Position numbers and translations under genes: made by a program
DNA from: Sedimentisphaerales bacterium
GTDB taxonomy: Bacteria; Planctomycetota; Phycisphaerae; Sedimentisphaerales; SM23-30
DNA length: 64,000 bases
Reading direction: 5' to 3'
NCBI GenBank assembly: GCA_963663965.2
Contig: CAXXFK010000011.1
Span: 32,001-96,000 of the forward strand
Shown: positions 60,965-64,000 of the stretch, piece by piece
How positions within the stretch are numbered: the stretch's first letter is position 1
Layout of the letters: every line of letters begins with the position of its first letter
Notes under the pieces: generated by a model
The model's input: the letters and a program-made list of their open reading frames with translations, nothing else
What the model was told of the DNA's origin: nothing
The model's database searches: none

Positions 60965-61828
60965 GTGAGAAAAGTGACAGCGAATCAGACAGCCATCAAC
61001 GAAATCATCAACAGCACAATCGAAATCGCAACTCTGCCCGAGATCACAATCCAGATCATCCAGGTTGTACAGGATCCTCGCAGCACAGCTCACGATTTGC
61101 ACAAAATCGTTCGAAACGATCCGGCATTATCCTCAAGGGTTTTACGGGTGGTCAATTCAGCCTTCTACGGATTGCCGGGCCAGATTGGCAGTATAGATCG
61201 TGCGATTATGCTTTTGGGACTGAATGCGGTTAAGAATATTGCGATTGCGGCTTCACTAAGCAAAATGTTCGATACTCCGGTAACGTCAGATGATTTCACC
61301 GGCAAGCGTCTCTGGACCCATAGTGTCGCCGTAGGTGCGACAAACAAACTCATTACCAGCGCCATTGGCCTGGCGCTTCCTGATGAATCTTTTCTGGCCG
61401 GCCTGATTCACGATATCGGACTGGTGGCAATCCTGCAATGCAAAAGTCAAGCGATCCCCAAAATGGTCCAGATGGTTAAAGCCGGCGTTTCTTTCCTCCA
61501 GGCTGAAAATGAAATCCTTCAAACGAACCATCAGGAAATCGGCGCGGCGCTTTCTGCTAAATGGAAATTCCCCCGGTCATTTCAGTTTGTCACGGGCTAT
61601 CATCACAAACCGCGTGAACTGGCTGAAGAAAACAGGTTGCTCACCAGTGTAACCTGTTTAGCTGACCAACTTTGCACTCGTACCGGATTTGGATTGATTG
61701 AAAATGAAAATATGCCCGATATCAGCCAGGATCTGGCTGATGAAATCGGAATCTCTCCTGAACAGATTGACGCCATTAGTTCGCGGATAGAGGAAGAACT
61801 TGAAGTCGTGAAAGCCCTGATTGAATAA
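60965..61828 (+). CDS. HDOD domain protein
   Basis: LPE, DPALSSRVLRVVNSAFYG, LWTHS, AGLIHDIG, HQEIG...WKFP. Confidence 0.92.
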   Translation: MRKVTANQTAINEIINSTIEIATLPEITIQIIQVVQDPRSTAHDLHKIVRNDPALSSRVLRVVNSAFYGLPGQIGSIDRAIMLLGLNAVKNIAIAASLSKMFDTPVTSDDFTGKRLWTHSVAVGATNKLITSAIGLALPDESFLAGLIHDIGLVAILQCKSQAIPKMVQMVKAGVSFLQAENEILQTNHQEIGAALSAKWKFPRSFQFVTGYHHKPRELAEENRLLTSVTCLADQLCTRTGFGLIENENMPDISQDLADEIGISPEQIDAISSRIEEELEVVKALIE

Positions 61829-62026
61829 CCAGCCTCAAACCCTTTTCTTTTATCACGATATATCAGCCATTAGCTTTTCTATTCAGATCAACATCTGATA
61901 GGGGCGGGTTTTCCGTCGGAATGACTCTGGCAGCAACTCAAAAGCGGGTTTTGTCTTCAGATTAATTTTATTTTCAGTTTTCATCTAAACCAGTCCCCCT
62001 ATTATTTCGAATAATAAATAGATAAG

Positions 62027-62131
62027 TATACTGCTTACCATTGAAAATGCCCGCTGGACCGCGAAATAAGTTCTACACAAGTAGAAACTTATCTTGCGAG
62101 CGATCGGGTATTTTCATACCCATTGGGTATA
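62027..62131. repeat. Copy D (most intact) of ~105-bp ERIC-like hairpin element
   Basis: TATAC...GAAAATGCCCG...CGCGAAATAAGTT-CTAC-acaa-GTAG-AAACTTATCTTGCG...CGGGTATTTTC-ATACCC-att-GGGTATA. Confidence 0.85.
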
Positions 62132-62170
62132 AATCATAACATCTCTGTCAAGAAATGAAGGAGAAATTTA

Positions 62171-62539
62171 ATGACGCAGACATGTCTCGATAGCCGGAAA
62201 GAAAAAAGGATTCGATTTTCGTGGCCTTTTTGGTTTAGTTACGAGGATAATGGTATGATACATCGAGGTCAAATCGTAGATTTATCCTCGCATGCTGTCA
62301 GCTTTTCGATACCGGTTCATTCATGTCCCCAACCCGGACAGCATATCCAGACACGATTTAGTTATCCTGTCAATCGCAATGACCTATTTCACATGAATGA
62401 ATATACCCATTGGTCAGAGGTAATCCGTGTGGATTATACCTCCTTTGGTACGGCCAGAGTCGCCGTACGACTACACCAACCACTGATGAATACTCATTAT
62501 GACGAAGATGCGGATAAGTTAGAATATGCAACCGCCTGA
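62171..62539 (+). CDS. PilZ domain protein
   Basis: RKEKR (RxxxR) followed by DLSSHA (DxSxxG variant) and EVIRV. AAGGAG RBS. Confidence 0.75.
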   Translation: MTQTCLDSRKEKRIRFSWPFWFSYEDNGMIHRGQIVDLSSHAVSFSIPVHSCPQPGQHIQTRFSYPVNRNDLFHMNEYTHWSEVIRVDYTSFGTARVAVRLHQPLMNTHYDEDADKLEYATA

Positions 62540-62636
62540 CTGTATTAAGCGCTGATTTTCGATTCATGACAACAGGATTTGAATAAAACCCGGAAATCCG
62601 TCTGGACTTCTCTATTTTCAGAATAATAATTGCCTG

Positions 62637-62664
62637 AAAAAAAGCCCCTAATGGGGCTTTTTTT
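62637..62664. terminator. Bidirectional rho-independent terminator
   Basis: A7-GCCCC-TAAT-GGGGC-T7 between convergent genes. Confidence 0.88.
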
Positions 62665-62701
62665 GTTTCAGAGACTTATATGGCATTGATTATTTTATTC
62701 A

Positions 62702-64000
62702 CTATTCAGAGAGCAATTGGTTCAAAAGTTCATCAACTTGCGAAAATGGCTGAATTACTGCCGGGTCATAATCATTGGCAATAATACGGTTGATTTCATC
62801 ACCCGCTACGACCTGACCATTAATACTTCCCCGGCTGCAAATGATCCTCCCTACCTGATTCCCGACATTTAAATCGGCATCCAGATTACCCTGGGCAACT
62901 TTGATATATTTTATTGATCCACTGACATTCACTTGTCCGGTTACATCGCCATATTTAACCGTCATCTTATCCAGATCGCCCTTGCGTACATCCATTTGAG
63001 CGCCAAAAGTTCCAAATGAGGCCTTGTCGACACTATCAACCTGTAGTATTCCTTCTTCAAAATTATCAATCTTAATGGTTTTGACCCTGCCGGCAATATC
63101 GATTCGGCTGTCTCCCGAAACAGAATCCACGTCAAGAATGCCATTCCTATCCATGGAATGATAGGCAACGTTCGCGTCCACCAGATCGCCCAGTTTCAAT
63201 CGGGTTATGGCCCCTTCAAGGTCAATATCCCCCCCATGGATCGCTACTGACGCGGCATCAAATTTCTGGAGATTACCTGTTCCAACCAGGGAGCCTAATG
63301 TGGTCGTGCCATAATCCCCCGAAACCTTTATTTTTAAAACATCTCCGTCATCAGCGCCATTGTACACAATTTGGGCAATATCAACTTGTCCATCATCTCC
63401 CAAAACCAGTCGGGCGGTTCCTTTACCCGACAAGCTGACTGTCACCTCATCGCCATCATGATCGGTAAATTGATACTTATTGCCATTCCCGATCTGTGCG
63501 TACACTTCGGCATCCAGCGATACACTCCGTTTTGTTTCATGGTAATCATCAGCCGCCAGGATCAAACTTCCACTCACGGGACAGGCCGTCAAGGTATCAA
63601 TACCCGCCTGTACCACAATACTTTGTCCCGGTTCAATCGTCACAGTATCGCCGCCAATCAGATAAAAGGCATTGGATCCCGTCAACGAAAGAGTAATCCG
63701 GGCAGACTGATTACCATGATTAATAATAGTCCAGACTTCCATGAATGCCTGTTCACCGGTTTGAACACTTCCGAAATGGATTGATTCATTCATGTTATCA
63801 GTGCCAGAGATGATCTGGATCGGATTATCCTCTACCAGAGCCTGGATCTGTAAACTGGACTGGACCTGACTGTCATCGGTCGTCAGGACCACATTTCCCT
63901 GATAGTGCCCCTCCACATCGGGCGAGAACGACAGGGTCAGCTCCAGCGATTCGCCGGGTTGAAGCATGTAACCTGTCAAGCTGTAATAGTTTACTATATT
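62702..64000 (-). CDS. C-terminal part of a large surface protein with ASH/choice-of-anchor-D-like Ig domains (5' end outside window)
   Basis: LQPGESLELTLSFSP..G...G...LTTDD, FGSV....WTIINHG, FTDHDGDEVTVSLSGKG. Frame is open to the window edge. Confidence 0.65.
   Translation of the reverse strand, partial: NIVNYYSLTGYMLQPGESLELTLSFSPDVEGHYQGNVVLTTDDSQVQSSLQIQALVEDNPIQIISGTDNMNESIHFGSVQTGEQAFMEVWTIINHGNQSARITLSLTGSNAFYLIGGDTVTIEPGQSIVVQAGIDTLTACPVSGSLILAADDYHETKRSVSLDAEVYAQIGNGNKYQFTDHDGDEVTVSLSGKGTARLVLGDDGQVDIAQIVYNGADDGDVLKIKVSGDYGTTTLGSLVGTGNLQKFDAASVAIHGGDIDLEGAITRLKLGDLVDANVAYHSMDRNGILDVDSVSGDSRIDIAGRVKTIKIDNFEEGILQVDSVDKASFGTFGAQMDVRKGDLDKMTVKYGDVTGQVNVSGSIKYIKVAQGNLDADLNVGNQVGRIICSRGSINGQVVAGDEINRIIANDYDPAVIQPFSQVDELLNQLLSE

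Noticed and set aside
1..64000. CRISPR array, rRNA or tRNA genes
   Set aside because: I saw no regularly spaced direct repeats with unique spacers, no cas genes, and no rRNA or cloverleaf signatures by eye. tRNAscan was not run.

Overview
Bacterial chromosomal window. Gene content points to an anaerobic planctomycete, probably Phycisphaerae/Sedimentisphaerales-like. This is an inference from the FlgI-HEAT lipoprotein, DUF1844, the LamG/GLUG/dockerin-like surface protein, the TAT-exported Gfo/Idh/MocA pair and the rubrerythrin-FprA-rubredoxin genes. Left part (1-20 kb): ppk1 3' end, carboxy(nor)spermidine genes, a DNA-repair-type radical SAM, smc, FlgI-like lipoprotein, rnr, a large surface protein and two oxidoreductases. 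Middle (20-34 kb): a tightly coupled five-gene isoprenoid operon (Fe-S protein, radical SAM, DUF116-polyprenyl synthase fusion, prenyltransferase barrel, squalene-hopene-cyclase-like enzyme), then a type III-like restriction-modification pair flanked by repeat-rich spacers. The operon is the best candidate for an undescribed system. Right part (35-64 kb): oxidative-stress genes, an ORF-less group IIC intron inserted behind the nrdJ terminator, nrdJ with tandem NrdR boxes, sppA, argB-argD-argF, rph, rdgB, and a Maf/nonulosonic-acid cluster with two radical-SAM-family proteins, followed by HDOD and PilZ genes. Non-coding features include a ~105-bp ERIC-like hairpin element in four copies, a truncated RAYT transposase between GTAG-REP hairpins, and 9-10-bp periodic repeat motifs. 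About ten single-base indels break genes at ~27 kb and 36.5-49 kb; these are most likely sequencing or assembly errors. All family calls come from motif recognition by eye, not database searches.
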